A stretch of DNA of 63,144 nucleotides, counting the filler, from Octopus bimaculoides (lineage: Eukaryota), in NCBI RefSeq assembly GCF_001194135.2. It is 9 parts of 9 records of this genome, joined end to end, with 100 filler letters (N's around TTAATTAATTAA, not from the genome) between each part and the next. Parts side by side here need not be neighbours in the genome. Positions count along the whole stretch, not along the records: positions 16,733 to 29,082 come from NC_068997.1; positions 29,183 to 34,352 come from NC_068999.1; positions 34,453 to 44,159 come from NC_068981.1; 6 more parts are not named here. One strand, given 5' to 3'. The notes under the pieces were generated by a model, which searched no databases, was not told where the DNA came from, and saw only the letters and a list, made by a program, of their open reading frames with translations. Below, piece after piece: positions 24,600 to 38,029 of the stretch (the stretch's first letter is position 1; each line of letters starts with the position of its first letter). Both the position numbers and the translations under genes were made by a program.

Positions 24600-24877
24600 C
24601 AGAAAGAAGTTCACAATCTCAATATTATTGAACATTTCTGGTGCATTTTAGAAAAAACAAGTAAGGAGTTGATATCCTCCACCATCATCACTACAAGAAC
24701 TGGAGACTGTTTTAACTGAAGAATTGAGAAAAACTTCTTTGGAAACAATTCAAACTTTGTACGAGTCCGTAACTCGTAGAATTCAAGTTGTAATTGCTGC
24801 CAAAGGCGATCCGACTACATATTAAAATAAATTTGTTTGAAATTTTAAGGTATTTCCATTACTTTGTCCAACCCCTG
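24600..24877 (+). mobile_element. Tc1-like transposase 3' fragment with right TIR
   Basis: LNIIEHFWCIL...PPPSSLQELETVLTEELRKTSLETIQTLYESVTRRIQVVIAAKGDPTTY*. It ends ...TTTGTCCAACCCCTG followed by TA. Confidence 0.8.
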
Positions 24878-24898
24878 TATATGATATATGATATGATA

Positions 24899-24933
<35 letters not shown>

Positions 24934-25112
24934 CACACAACTTAGGACTTATGCGTATCTATGTGCCTATGAATATATGTACACATGTATGTATATTATC
25001 TATATTTTCTCTATCTATCATTCTATCTTTCAACACATACATACATACATACATACATACATACATACATACATGCATGCATGCATACACACATACATAG
25101 TATGTAGGCGCA

Positions 25113-25552
25113 TATGTGGATAAACAAATTAGATATATTAAATATAACAGCTTGGGTATGAAATAGAAAAAATATATATATATGTAAACATGCTAAACAG
25201 GAGAAAGCAAAATGTGAAAACTTTCAGACGATGAATATCGAAGTATAAATATATCGACATTTTTATTACGAGATCCAACTTACACAGAGTACAAACGACA
25301 AATATAATTGAAGATGGAATAAGGTGTTATAAGGCCAACAGTTGAACACCATCTTTCCTCCCGTTTAATTATCTCTGTGTAAACTTGATCTATTAATATA
25401 AATATCTATATATTTATCTTTAAAAAATACATCGTCTGAAAGTTTTCAATTTTTGCTTTCTGTTATTTTGCTTGTACACGTATGTACATATTTTTTTTTT
25501 ATTTCATAGACAAAGTGTTACATTTAATATATTTAATTTATCTATCCGCATA
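25113..25552. repeat. Imperfect foldback, about 440 bp
   Basis: GAAAGCAAAATGTGAAAACTTTCAGACGATG (about 25203-25233) pairs with CATCGTCTGAAAGTTTTCAATTTTTGCTTTC. The outer arms and an inner pair (GATCCAACTTACACAGAG / CTCTGTGTAAACTTGATC) also match. Confidence 0.8.
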
Positions 25553-26057
25553 ATCGCCGTCATGTCTACTCAACTTGATCCCTCTTATAGACATTCTTTA
25601 CCCTGTCAAACCGATCGCTAGTAAAAGCATCGGGGTCTAAGTTTGAATCATTTGAGCATTTCTGTCTTCTATACAGACAATCTATCTTATCTGTTGACTA
25701 TATACATATATACGTATATATATATATATATATATATATNNNNNNNNNNNNNNNNNNNNNNNNNNNNNNNNNNNNNNNNNNNNNNNNNNNNNNNNNNNNN
25801 NNNNNNNNNNNNNNNNNNNNNNNNNNNNNNNNNNNNNNNNNNNNNNNNNNNNNNNNNNNNNNNNNNNNNNNNNNNNNNNNNNNNNNNNNNNNNNNNNNNN
25901 NNNNNNNNNNNNNNNNNNNNNNNNNNNNNNNNNNNNNNNNNNNNNNNNNNNNNNNNNNNNNNNNNNNNNNNNNNNNNNNNNNNNNNNNNNNNNNNNNNNN
26001 NNNNNNNNNNNNNNNNNNNNNNNNNNNNNNNNNNNNNNNNNNNNNNNNNNNNNNNNN

Positions 26058-26190
26058 CAGGAAAAACAAGTCACAATCAATTTATGGGATCCGGACAAAA
26101 CACCCCAAGGACAAAAGCCCCTCGGACAAACCCCACCGGACAAAACCCCGGTGACTTTTTCTTCCTGTGACTTTTTTTTTTTACCTGGAT
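26058..26190. mobile_element. Small MITE-like hairpin with internal GGACAAAA(G)CCCC repeats
   Basis: CAGGAAAAACAAGTCAC ... GTGACTTTTTCTTCCTG inverted ends, with four GGACAAA-CCCC units inside. Confidence 0.5.
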
Positions 26191-26514
26191 TCGCAAAGTA
26201 TACGCGTTTGATAATTCCACCACAGTCACTACCACTGTAGCCACAACTACTAACAATCACCACCACCATAACAATTACCACAACAACGATCACCACAACA
26301 ATCACCAGTACAACAACTACCACCACAACAAACACTACAACAGCCACCATCAGAGCAACCACCACCACAACAATCACCACCACGAGAACAACCACCACCT
26401 CCACTTTCATTCCTGTCAAATCCACCTCAACCCTAGCGTACTACCTCCGTCGATACCACTACCTCCGCCGCCACTTCTGTCAACACTATCGCAACCCCAA
26501 CCACCACCACTTCT

Positions 26515-27320
26515 ATGAACAACATCACAACAGCCATTACCTTCACCACTTCATCTGTCACCACAACCACCACTACAACCCCTGTCAACACCACCACAAC
26601 TGCCACCATCACCTTCCACCTTCTTTCTCAAAATATCCACGTTCACCACCATCTGTCAACACTACCACAACCACAACCACCACCATCACCACCACTGACA
26701 ACATTAACATTCTCACAACACCACCACAACCACCACAACATCACCATTCTCTCAACACCACCACAACTACCACCACCAACATTCTCTCAAGATTCCCCAC
26801 AACCACTACCAACACCATCTATCAGCACCACCAGAACCACCACCACCATCACCATTTATCAATACCACTACAACCACCACCACCACCACTATCACCATTC
26901 TCTCAACACCACCANNNNNNNNNNNNNNNNNNNNNNNNNNNNNNNNNNNNNNNNNNNNNNNNNNNNNNNNNNNNCATCACCATTCTCTCAACACCACCAC
27001 AACTACCACCACCAACATTCTCTCAAGATTCCCCACAACCACTACCAACACCATCTATCAGCACCACCACAACCACAACCACCATCACCACCACCAGCAT
27101 TCTCTCAACAACACCACAACCACCACCACTACCACCCTCACCATTCTATCAACACCACCACCACCACCACCACCATTCTCTCAAAATCACTAGAACCACC
27201 ACCACCACCATCACCATCTATCAAACACCATCGCAACCAACACCACCACCACCATCACCAACATTCTCTCAACACCACCGCCACCACCATCACCATTCTC
27301 TCACCACCACCTCCATCACC
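26515..27320. repeat. ACC/CAA-rich cryptic minisatellite
   Basis: A recurrent CA(A/C)CATTCTCTCAA motif is embedded in (ACC)n. A block of about 55 bp is duplicated on both sides of the gap. Confidence 0.7.
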
Positions 27321-27814
27321 TTTATAAAAACTGACAATAGTTTTTCTACGTAGATTCGAACTTCCAGAGAAAACCGCCGATGCTCTATTATTTGGCGCTC
27401 TTCTTATGATGGTATGATTAGCCGTTCTTCTTATTATTATCATTGTTGTTGATGTTATTGTTATCGTGGTCGTTAGCGTTATTGCTGTCATTTCAATTTT
27501 CTCTTTTTTTCTTCTTTCTTTTTTTATATTCGATTTCTTTTGATCATTTTCGTTTGATGTTATTTTGCTTGTTTTATTGAATCTTTGTTTAAGTTTTGTT
27601 CTTGTTTTACTGTGGGTTTTAATGCTGTTGAGAGTATTGTTGTTGTTATTGTTGTCGTTGTTGTTGTTGTTGGTGGTGGTAGTTTTTGTTGTGGTTGTTG
27701 TTGTGGTGGTGGTGGTTATGGTGGTTATGGTGGTAATGTTTTCTTGGTGGTAGTCGTGTTGCTGGTATTGCTATGGGTGGTACTACTACTACTACTACTA
27801 CCACCATTGCTGCT

Positions 27815-27862
<48 letters not shown>

Positions 27863-28481
27863 ACTACTAATACTGTTGCTGCTGCGGCTACTACTACTAA
27901 TGCTACTACTTTTATGGCCGCTATTGTTAGTCACATGACTGTAATCAAGAAGTGAACTGCGCCTGCATACATCATGGCGTCCGGGCGGAAATTGAATTGA
28001 GTAGACGATGTAAATATTTTAGCAATATGGCTTCTACTTCCGTTATTGTGCACTGTATGATGAAGATGAGTAGTGTCATCAAAGCGAGGCAACAAGACCT
28101 ATGGAAATTCAATGTGCTGATGTAGAAAAAGAAAATCAGGAAACGTCTACCAATACCTCTACCGTCATTATCGGCAGCATTATCACCATTGTCATCATCA
28201 ATGGCAAACAACAGCAGCAACACTACCAACAAGTGATAAACACACACCTAAAACACGCAAAGCCTGGAGGAATCACAGCTTTCGCTAACATCTACATGTA
28301 CCACGCTGCCAAACATCCCTGAGGCTGGAAACAGTAGTTATTTCAATGAGAAGTAATATCATACAGATCCATCAACCAGCGCTCCATTCCTGTAAATATT
28401 CTGGAATATCTATGGCTTGATGTCACTAAGAACCGTTTCAATATTTCCCTTTTTATATGAGAATTCGTCTCCTCCGATATG

Positions 28482-28740
28482 TGAGAGCGCGTGGTTTAGT
28501 GGTTATAGAGTTGACCTCATGATCGTAAGATCGTGGTTTCGTTTCCTGGACCGGGTGATGCGTTGTGTTCTTGAGCAAAACACTTTATTTCACGTTGCTC
28601 CAGTTCACTCAGCTGGCAAAAATGAGTAATCCTGCAACGGACCAGCGTCCCGTCCAGGGTCCAGGCGGGGAAATAATACGCCAAAGAAACCAGGAAACCG
28701 GCTCTTATGATCCAGCATGACTCTAGAAGGGAACCTAACC
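28482..28740 (+). mobile_element. tRNA-derived SINE (family C)
   Basis: GCGCGTGGTTTAGTGGTT A-box and GGTTTCGTTTCC B-box-like motif, followed by TTGAGCAAAACACTTTATTTCAC. Confidence 0.75.
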
Positions 28741-29033
28741 TAACATATAAGAACCAAGGAATAAAATAATCACCGGGTTGCGAATAGCCCAATCGGCTGT
28801 GACAGACTGATAGTACACGTCATTAAAAGGCCCAAAAGGCAGAAAAGGCATCTTCCGAAATCGTTGGGTGCTGGGACGTCTCCTGGTATTTATTGTGTTT
28901 GTAACACAGTACTTCCATAAAAGATGTAATCTTAGGTCGAATATTACAGCCTCTAGCATAGTAGCAGTGTATATACATTAAGTATGATATATAGATGGCG
29001 GTTTTAATTTAATACTGCCTCAGCTGTACTACC

Positions 29034-29082
<49 letters not shown>

Positions 29083-29204
29083 NNNNNNNNNNNNNNNNNN
29101 NNNNNNNNNNNNNNNNNNNNNNNNNNTTAATTAATTAANNNNNNNNNNNNNNNNNNNNNNNNNNNNNNNNNNNNNNNNNNNNGGCACATAAAAGACACCA
29201 TTTC

Positions 29205-29408
29205 GAGCATGGCCGTTTTCGTGCGGGTGACACGTAAAAGCACCCACTACACTCTCTGAGTGGTTGGCGTTAGGAAGGGCATACAGCTGTAGAAATTCTG
29301 CCAAATTAGATTGGAGCCTGGTGTTGCCATCCGGTTTCACCAGTCCTCAGTCAAATCGTCCAACCCATGCTAGCATGGAAAGCGGACGTTAAACGATGAT
29401 GATGATGA
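29205..29408 (+). mobile_element. SINE/LINE-derived 3' tail ending in (GAT)n
   Basis: GTGGTTGGCGTTAGGAAGGGCA...CCAACCCATGCTAGCATGGAAAGCGGACGTTAAACGATGATGAT. The same tail occurs at about 34220-34275. Confidence 0.75.
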
Positions 29409-30040
29409 TTGGAAAATGAAAAATAATAATAAGGCAGAATGCTAAACTGAAAGCATATTTTAATATAGATGTGTAAAAAGGATTTCTAACCGGCTTTCAT
29501 TGCATGGTAAATTTTCAAGAAGAGGGAGGATGAAAATGTTTTTTACAAAAAAGTAAAAAATAATATATAAAAAAATAAATATACCAATACATTATATTGT
29601 CTTTGAGCTTTTAAGGTTCAATGGTAATCCATGTAGATAATAGTTGGAAAAATTAGGATGCATGAAATTGAGTTGTGTTTTGTTCAAAAAAGAAAGGGGA
29701 CTGAAAGTTTATGTGTTAAGCAGGAAGTGTGGTGTCAAAACAGGAAGACAATTCTGTGGGTTTTATACTCTTTAGTTGGAGTTCTGGACTCTTTGTCAAC
29801 AGGAAGTTTATGTATATATATTATAATAATATTATATTTATATGTATATTTGTGCATATATATATATTTGTGAACATATATATATTTATGTATGTATATA
29901 TATTTTTATATGTAAGAAAAAATGAGTTCAAAAAGAACAATTCAAACTTCTTGAGAGATCCAAAAAGAGAGAAAAAATGATTTCTAATAAAGATTCATCA
30001 TATAAAAAACAGCCAGAGCAAGTAATTAGTGTATGAAAAT

Positions 30041-30385
30041 AATAGTTGAAAAATTTCGTTATAGGTATAAATATACCATAAACAAGTATAAAAGAATGGA
30101 GGAAGAAAGATGTTGAATCAAAATTAGATTTAATACAAAATTGGATTCAATACATACACACGTTTCGAAAGACAAAGAAATATGTAAGAAAAAAATTATA
30201 ATCATAGTAATTAATTACTATGATTATAACTTTCTTCTTACATATTTGTATTGTCTTTCGGAACGTGTATATGTATTGAATCCAATTTTGTATTAAATCT
30301 AATTTTGATTCAACATCTTTTTTCCTCCATTTTTTAATACTTGTTTATGGTATATTTATACCTATAACGAAATTTTTCAACTATT
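30041..30385. repeat. Near-perfect 345 bp palindrome with no spacer
   Basis: The centre is AGTAATT|AATTACT at 30212/30213. The arms pair out to AATAGTTGAAAAATTTCGTTATAGG / CCTATAACGAAATTTTTCAACTATT. Confidence 0.92.
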
Positions 30386-30415
30386 TATATATGTATATAT
30401 ATATATTTATATATA

Positions 30416-30630
30416 CAGTAATCCCTCAATGTATCGCAGTTCACCTATCGTGGTTTATTAGTTAAGCTTATGTTGATTCCTCCATGGTGGTGTTTTGCAT
30501 TTATAATAAGATAAATATATACAAATTGTAAACATAAAAAAATATACAATACAGTACTGTTTCTACTTCAGGTTTTCACCCATAGCAGGGGTTTTGAAAC
30601 GTAACACTCGCGATACTTGAAGGATTACTG
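30416..30630. mobile_element. Tigger-type MITE
   Basis: TA-flanked TIRs CAGTAATCCCTCAATGTATCGC / GCGATACTTGAAGGATTACTG. Confidence 0.8.
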
Positions 30631-30809
30631 TATACATATGTGTGTGTAAATATATGAGTGTGTGTGTGTGTGTGTATATATATCTGTCTATATAATATGT
30701 ATATTAGTAAAATATGACTTGATTCATTGAAACTGACTTGTTTAAACATTTGAAACCTCCATGTTATATTTTTAAAGAAAAATTATCTAAAGAACTTATT
30801 TCATTTCAG

Positions 30810-30981
30810 GACTACCATTGGTGGTGGCGGTCATTCCTTACAAGTGGTTTCACAGCAGTTTATTTCTTCATATACTGCATTCATTACTATGTTACCAAAC
30901 TGGAATTGGTTGGATCTGCAAGCACATTGCTCTACTTTGGATACATGTTAATTGTTATGTTTTTATTTTTCTTATTAACTG
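30810..30981 (+). CDS. TM9SF2: Transmembrane 9 superfamily member 2, penultimate coding exon
   Basis: Acceptor tttcag| at 30809. The 172 nt exon reads DYHWWWRSFLTSGFTAVYFFIYCIHYYVTKLELVGSASTLLYFGYMLIVMFLFFLLT plus G. The donor is GC (|gcaagt at 30982). Confidence 0.93.
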
Positions 30982-32152
30982 GCAAGTAGATTTCCTTTAT
31001 TTCATACAAAAATAGCTACTATATATGTTTAAATATTTAATATGTATAATAAAGCCATACAAATTATTTCATCATCATCATCATCATCGTTTTATGTATA
31101 ATTTCCCTGTTGAATTGGGTTGGATGGGTCATCATGGTCTGAGCAAGCCCTTATTTGTGGTTAGATATATTGAAGAGTTTAAAAGACATTTGAGAGCAGA
31201 ATAGACATTAGCCGAGTTTGGTATGTTGAATGTGTAGCTTGAATTTATGAGATAGCCACATTCATAACCACAGGTTCTAGGTTCAATTCTTCTGCATGTC
31301 TTGTTTACAAGTCTTCTCTTGTAACTTTGGGTAGATGTGTGTATGTGCACATACATATTAATACATCTATGAACACAGAAAAGCAAAATACCCAAGAATA
31401 GTAGGTGGAACTATAGAGGTATGTGGAAGAAAACAGAGAGGCAGAAGTAACTTGTGGGGGTGGGAGAAATGCAAGGGAGATAATGAGTTGGATATGCTTC
31501 TACCTGTCATATGAGCTGTGGTGCAAGGTAATTTCACAGTTAATGAATTAGAAGAGGCTGAAATACAGTCATGTAACCATAACTAAAAAGAAAGCTGTAT
31601 AAACATATAGACAAAAATATGATCCCCCCCCCCACCTTTGTTGTGGTCTGGCATACTGACTTCTTCCATACTTCATATTGCATTATCCTGCTTTGCTATT
31701 ATATAATCTTTCTCTCATTTTGCCATTTATACACTGATTCTGACTTTGACAAATGCATGACCCAAAATATTTTTTCTCTTAAGGAAATACTAGTTGTTTT
31801 TTCTGTTTCCAAATAAACAACACAGTTAGTTTAACGTTTCATATTTATAATTTTCCAATTTATTCCTGAAACCACAAAATACTGTTAACCTACCTAACCT
31901 ACCAAGTGTGAGTTCGGAAGAGTTGTATAGGATATATTGGTATCCCTTTTTGTGTTCAGAGACATTGGTTGTTACATAACACTGTGTAACAAAATTTTGA
32001 TTTTTTTTTTGTTCTTTGGTCAGGAAGTGTGACATAAACACAACTTCCTATTATAAGGAAGCTTCTCTTTGTTATATGTTATTTGAGAGTATATCATTTT
32101 TCTTTATGTATAACTTGATTATTATTAATGTTTTTTTTTTATATTTTTGCAG

Positions 32153-32220
32153 GTACCATTGGCTTTTTCTCCTGCTTTTGGTTTGTTTCTAAGATCTATA
32201 GTGTAGTCAAAGTGGACTAA
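32153..32220 (+). CDS. TM9SF2: Transmembrane 9 superfamily member 2, last coding exon
   Basis: Acceptor tttttgcag| at 32152. It reads (G)TIGFFSCFWFVSKIYSVVKVD* with TAA at 32218-32220. This C-terminus matches TM9SF2 rather than TM9SF4. Confidence 0.95.
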
Positions 32221-33504
32221 ATGCTGATTATTTGTATTTTAAACTGTCACTTGTTCAGCAGCCATTTCTGTCAAGTCTTACGTGTAAGCAAACACAGATT
32301 ATGCATTGAATGGAAGGAAACTTTGAAGATTGCAGTCATCTTCTTTTTTTTTTTTGTATTTTCAATTTTGTCAATCTCCATAAATGCACCAAAGGGTGGG
32401 GTGCAAATATTGTTTCTTTATTGGAAACATTTTCCTTTTTTACTTGACATTAACACATCGCTTAATAAAGCCTTCCCTTCTTAGAAGCATATAGATAACT
32501 GGCTGACAAGCAGCCAAGTACAGAAGTATTATTTTTATATAGTCTCTGGTATATAATAGAAGAAATTAAAAAGATCAAGGAATTTAGGACAAATGGGGTC
32601 ATCCGTTTCATCTAGATGTTCTCTCTTATTAACTCAACAGAAAATATTTTCTGAAGAAAAATTGCGAAACACTCCCTAGTTCTACTACAAATGGTTATTC
32701 ATCTTTCTCTTCATTTCTTAAATATAGCTATTTTTCTTTTTCTCATGAAAACTTTGAAATTCCATATCACTCCTTTAGCTTACTCAAAGCAAATTTCTGG
32801 TATCCAGGTAAGAAAGAATTTATAAGAAAAAAAAAAAAGGAAACAAAAAAGAAAATTTGTTTGATATTTTGATGTTTTGTAGTGGTTTTTATGTTTATTA
32901 GTGTATTGCCTATTGGTTAGTTATAAGCCCTCTATGTTAAGGACTTAATATTATTTTTCTGATTTTTGTTATTTTCATAAATTCTAACTGCTGGTTTTTA
33001 AGATCTAATAGTAATGTTGGAGATCTTGGAAAACTAAATTGTAAACTTTACATCATAAATTTCAGTCTGCATAAAATTAGTTTACAATTTAAGAGAAGTT
33101 TTTAATTCTGACAATCTGTTATCTCAGTCATTCTGCATTCTTCCATGTATATAATATCTAATACACTAATGCTAAGTATTATAATATTAAATCTATACAT
33201 ATACATACATATATATACATATATATATATATATTGACTCTAATTAATACTTATTTGACAAAGGAATTCCATAGAGGAGAAATTGCAGAGAAGGAAATAA
33301 GGTTGTCATGGTACATTAATTTTTCATGAAATCGGGTGTTAAATAAAGTTTTATGTAACAAAATAATTTAAAATTTGTTCTAGATTTTTCTTTTGATATT
33401 TAAATATTTAGTTTTGCTGAATTGAAACCTGTGAAACCATAAAATAAATATGCTTTATAGAGGCGCAGATCAGGTTTACCTCACAAGAAGCTTACCTGAC
33501 AAGC

Positions 33505-33625
33505 ACATGTTTTCAGGTTGAGAGGTTCCAGGGCAAGTGTCTTCTACTATGAAAGCTTTGTGAGTGGATTTGGTAGACAGAAACTAAAAAAAAGCCCATC
33601 ATATATATATATATATATATATGTT
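33505..33625 (+). mobile_element. SINE family A fragment
   Basis: GGGCAAGTGTCTTCTACTAT...TTGTGAGTGGATTTGGTAGAC. Confidence 0.7.
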
Positions 33626-35158
33626 TGTTTGTGTGTGTCTATGTGTAATTTGCATAAATGATATGAAAATAAGATAAGAGAAATAACTGAATGTCCAGTA
33701 ATATGTATCTGAACAACAAAAATGAATAGGGTTATATTAGAAAACATACAAGATAAATTCATGATTTATTGAATTGTTTCCAGAGATGATGTAGCAATTG
33801 GGATCATCCTGAATGAGAAGGGGAGATAATCTCAAATATCCTCCAAAGTGGACATGCCGTGAAGAAAAAACAGACCGAGTGTCTGGACATTATACCTCAA
33901 CAGGCATCATTAGCACAGCAGTTTCCCTACCTTATCTCTGGCAAAATAAGAGAAATGTATTCTCTTTGTCTAGCAGTTTTAATGATAGCATTTTCTTTGC
34001 TGAAGAAAGTCTACACTTCATACTACTTCTATGGTAAGTTTTGCATTTATCCAGCAACGGCCATATAATGTTATATCGTGCAGCAGTTTCTGTCAATAAC
34101 CATTTGTGACTCACAGATTTTTGAAGAAGAGAGTATTGGTTGTTGATACTGGCTATGAATTGTCACTACTGAACTCTAAAAGTGGGATATTTTCCTCTTG
34201 TCCTCAAAATCATAAATGTCCAACCCATGCTAGCATGGAAGGCAGACGTTAAACGACAATGATGATGATGATGATAGCTTAACCAACAGGCTGGTTCAGT
34301 TATAACAGTAAGGGCTGGCTCTTTCCCCATTAGTTGTTTTCTCACCACATGTNNNNNNNNNNNNNNNNNNNNNNNNNNNNNNNNNNNNNNNNNNNNTTAA
34401 TTAATTAANNNNNNNNNNNNNNNNNNNNNNNNNNNNNNNNNNNNNNNNNNNNAACGGTGTGCGTGTGTCTTATAAGTGTGAGGGTGCATGCAAGTGAACG
34501 TCTGTTTGTGTATGTATAGATAGATATATATTCCTATATATGTTCATTTATAAAAATGCACATATATTTATATATATATTTATATATAAAAGTGTTTTCG
34601 GCCACACACACATATACGTGCACAGATAAATGTATATTCTGTATGTATATACATACATATATACGCGCATATTTACTTATACATATATATATATATACAT
34701 ATATATGGACGCCGGAAATGCGTTACCACTTTCAAACGGATTTTTATTTCGCTACGGTGTTCATGTTGAAGGTCTCAAATATTTTACTTTTCTAAACTAC
34801 AACATAAACGGAAGTTTAATGGAACAGAGATATAATTCCATAATTGTGTTACAATATTTTATCATGTACTGACTTGTTTAAGATTTAAGTGGTTTGCATA
34901 AAGGCAGTTTAACTGAAATACTGTGACTTCCTACTGATTGTCGCAATATTTACCAATGCATGTCTTGCGTATTCTCTTTTAGTATATGGTGATTTGATTT
35001 AGATATTTTTCAAATTATCTTTCAATGTTTTCTTTATTGATACATAATGCCAGAGATATGATTTGTTTACATGTTTCTATAAAAAATGTCTACATGAAAG
35101 GAAATACGTATTTTTTTACTAATTAGCTGTGTAATAATAAATACATGTATCATGCGGT

Positions 35159-35211
<53 letters not shown>

Positions 35212-35564
35212 TATATGTGTGTATGTTTGTGTGCGTGCATGTATACGAGTGTGTGTCTAGATAGATATTTTGAATTTGTTTGTGACAGTCATTTGTACAA
35301 AAGGTAGCAAGGATTTCGTGAAAACTACATATGCTATAAAACATTTGAGTGTTTTATTGACTCATATCTATTTAGCGCTTATGTTCTCTCATCTCTGAGC
35401 TTTCGTTATTCTACAACAATATCACAAGCACACATCCACTGGAAGTTCAAGTTCCTATTAACTGCGATTATATCATTTTTTCGTTATACTTTCTGTACTG
35501 CTGCAACTGGTGGTGGTGGTGGTGGTGCTGCTGCTGCTGCTGCCACTTACTGCTGCTGCTGCTG

Positions 35565-35601
<37 letters not shown>

Positions 35602-35602
35602 G

Positions 35603-35707
<105 letters not shown>

Positions 35708-37994
35708 AACACTGCTGCTACATTCTGATTATAATTATATCACTTGTGATAAATGATAAAAATTTATTTTCTTTCATACTACTTTTTGAATTAAGCATTA
35801 GCTCGCAGAAAAAAAAATGGTGAAGCTCGAGTTCTAAACATTGTGTTTTTATAACGTATAAATGTTAAATCAAAAAGAAGAGTTAACAAAATATATAAAA
35901 TGTAACTCAAAAAGCTCTACAGATCTTGGAAATTTTCTGAACACGGAGAGAAGAGATTTCTCGAAGGTGTTCTGACATTTTATGCAAGTACATATTTAGA
36001 GCGGGCCTAATTATTTGAGCAGTATCCCTTACTCTCACAATAATAAAATAAATTGGACTCATTGTGCGTATTTACTTAGAGTGATTTGTATCGACAAAAT
36101 TCAGCGCCTGATTCCTTTAACAATGGACATGAAGTGATCAGATAAACATTACATTATATACCAGGCAATTTAAAATATATTTCTAAAAATCAGGCAAAAT
36201 AAAAATTATGTACAAGATGATAATCTAAGGTTGAAAGTTGTAGATGCGTTCAATAATCGCCAAACTAATCAAATGTTTAGATGGTTCCTAATGTATAACA
36301 AATGTACACTTGAAAATATAATAAATTAGATATTAAGAAGTATATATACATACATTCATACGCACGCATATTTACACATACAAGCAATTATATATAAATA
36401 TATGTGTGTGTGTGTACTTATATATATATATTTATGTGTATATGTATATATATATATATATATATNNNNNNNNNNNNNNNNNNNNNNNNNNNNNNNNNNN
36501 NNNNNNNNNNNNNNNNNNNNNNNNNNNNNNNNNNNNNNNNNNNNNNNNNNNNNNNNNNNNNNNNNNNNNNNNNNNNNNNNNNNNNNNNNNNNNNNNNNNN
36601 NNNNNNNNNNNNNNNNNNNNNNNNNNNNNNNNNNNNNNNNNNNNNNNNNNNNNNNNNNNNNNNNNNNNNNNNNNNNNNNNNNNNNNNNNNNNNNNNNNNN
36701 NNNNNNNNNNNNNNNNNNNNNNNNNNNNNNNNNNNNNNNNNNNNNNNNNNNNNNNNNNNNNNNNNNNNNNNNNNNNNNNNNNNNNNNNNNNNNNNNNNNN
36801 NNNNNNNNNNNNNNNNNNNNNNNNNNNNNNNNNNNNNNNNNNNNNNNNNNNNNNNNNNNNNNNNNNNNNNNNNNNNNNNNNNNNNNNNNNNNNNNNNNNN
36901 NNNNNNNNNNNNNNNNNNNNNNNNNNNNNNNNNNNNNNNNNNNNNNNNNNNNNNNNNNNNNNNNNNNNNNNNNNNNNNNNNNNNNNNNNNNNNNNNNNNN
37001 NNNNNNNNNNNNNNNNNNNNNNNNNNNNNNNNNNNNNNNNNNNNNNNNNNNNNNNNNNNNNNNNNNNNNNNNNNNNNNNNNNNNNNNNNNNNNNNNNNNN
37101 NNNNNNNNNNNNNNNNNNNNNNNNNNNNNNNNNNNNNNNNNNNNNNNNNNNNNNNNNNNNNNNNNNNNNNNNNNNNNNNNNNNNNNNNNNNNNNNNNNNN
37201 NNNNNNNNNNNNNNNNNNNNNNNNNNNNNNNNNNNATATACATACATACATATTTATGTATATATTTATTAAATATGCATATACATATTCCTAGTTATAT
37301 TTATATATATATATATATATATGCATGTCGTTCGTGTGTGTGTGCGTATATATATATGTATGTATGTATGGATATGTATGTATGTGTATCATTTTCAGAT
37401 ATCTAATTCGTTGTAACAAAAACAATTGAAATATTTTTATATATGAATTATAGACAATCAAAATTTCTCCAAAGACAGGGTTTTGAAATCTTGAGATTGT
37501 GTTAGAAAGAAGTAAAGACAGTAATAAATACATGAGATAGTAGAAAATAACTTATATACACGTATTTTTTTTTCCTACATAGATTTTTCACGGAATTTTT
37601 CTCAGTCTAAAGAAAATTATATTCCATCATATACTATTGCATATTTTCAAAGGAGCCTCCGCTTATTTGAAATTCTTAACTACTAAATATATACCGCATC
37701 ACATTACTTCAATTGACAACGCTGCAGAACGAGACAAACAACATAGTACCAAAAGATGCTAAAATACCAGTACATTGATAGCTCTTACATAAATATCCTG
37801 ACGTTGAATTAACTATTAGTATATATTAAAACCCAGAAATATTAACAGAACTTCGGTTAAATGTGCTTCAATGGATAGTTGAAAATCTTTATTTATTTTT
37901 ACATTGTTACGATTTCAAAGTGATTTATATTTCACAATTTGGTGTTACGAACCAAATCAGCTTTGTCCTTAAAATCATTCTCTTTTATATTTGA

Positions 37995-38029
<35 letters not shown>

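Noticed and set aside
28482-28560. tRNA gene
   Set aside because: The A/B boxes are followed by a SINE body and there is no complete cloverleaf. The same holds for the other tRNA-like heads.
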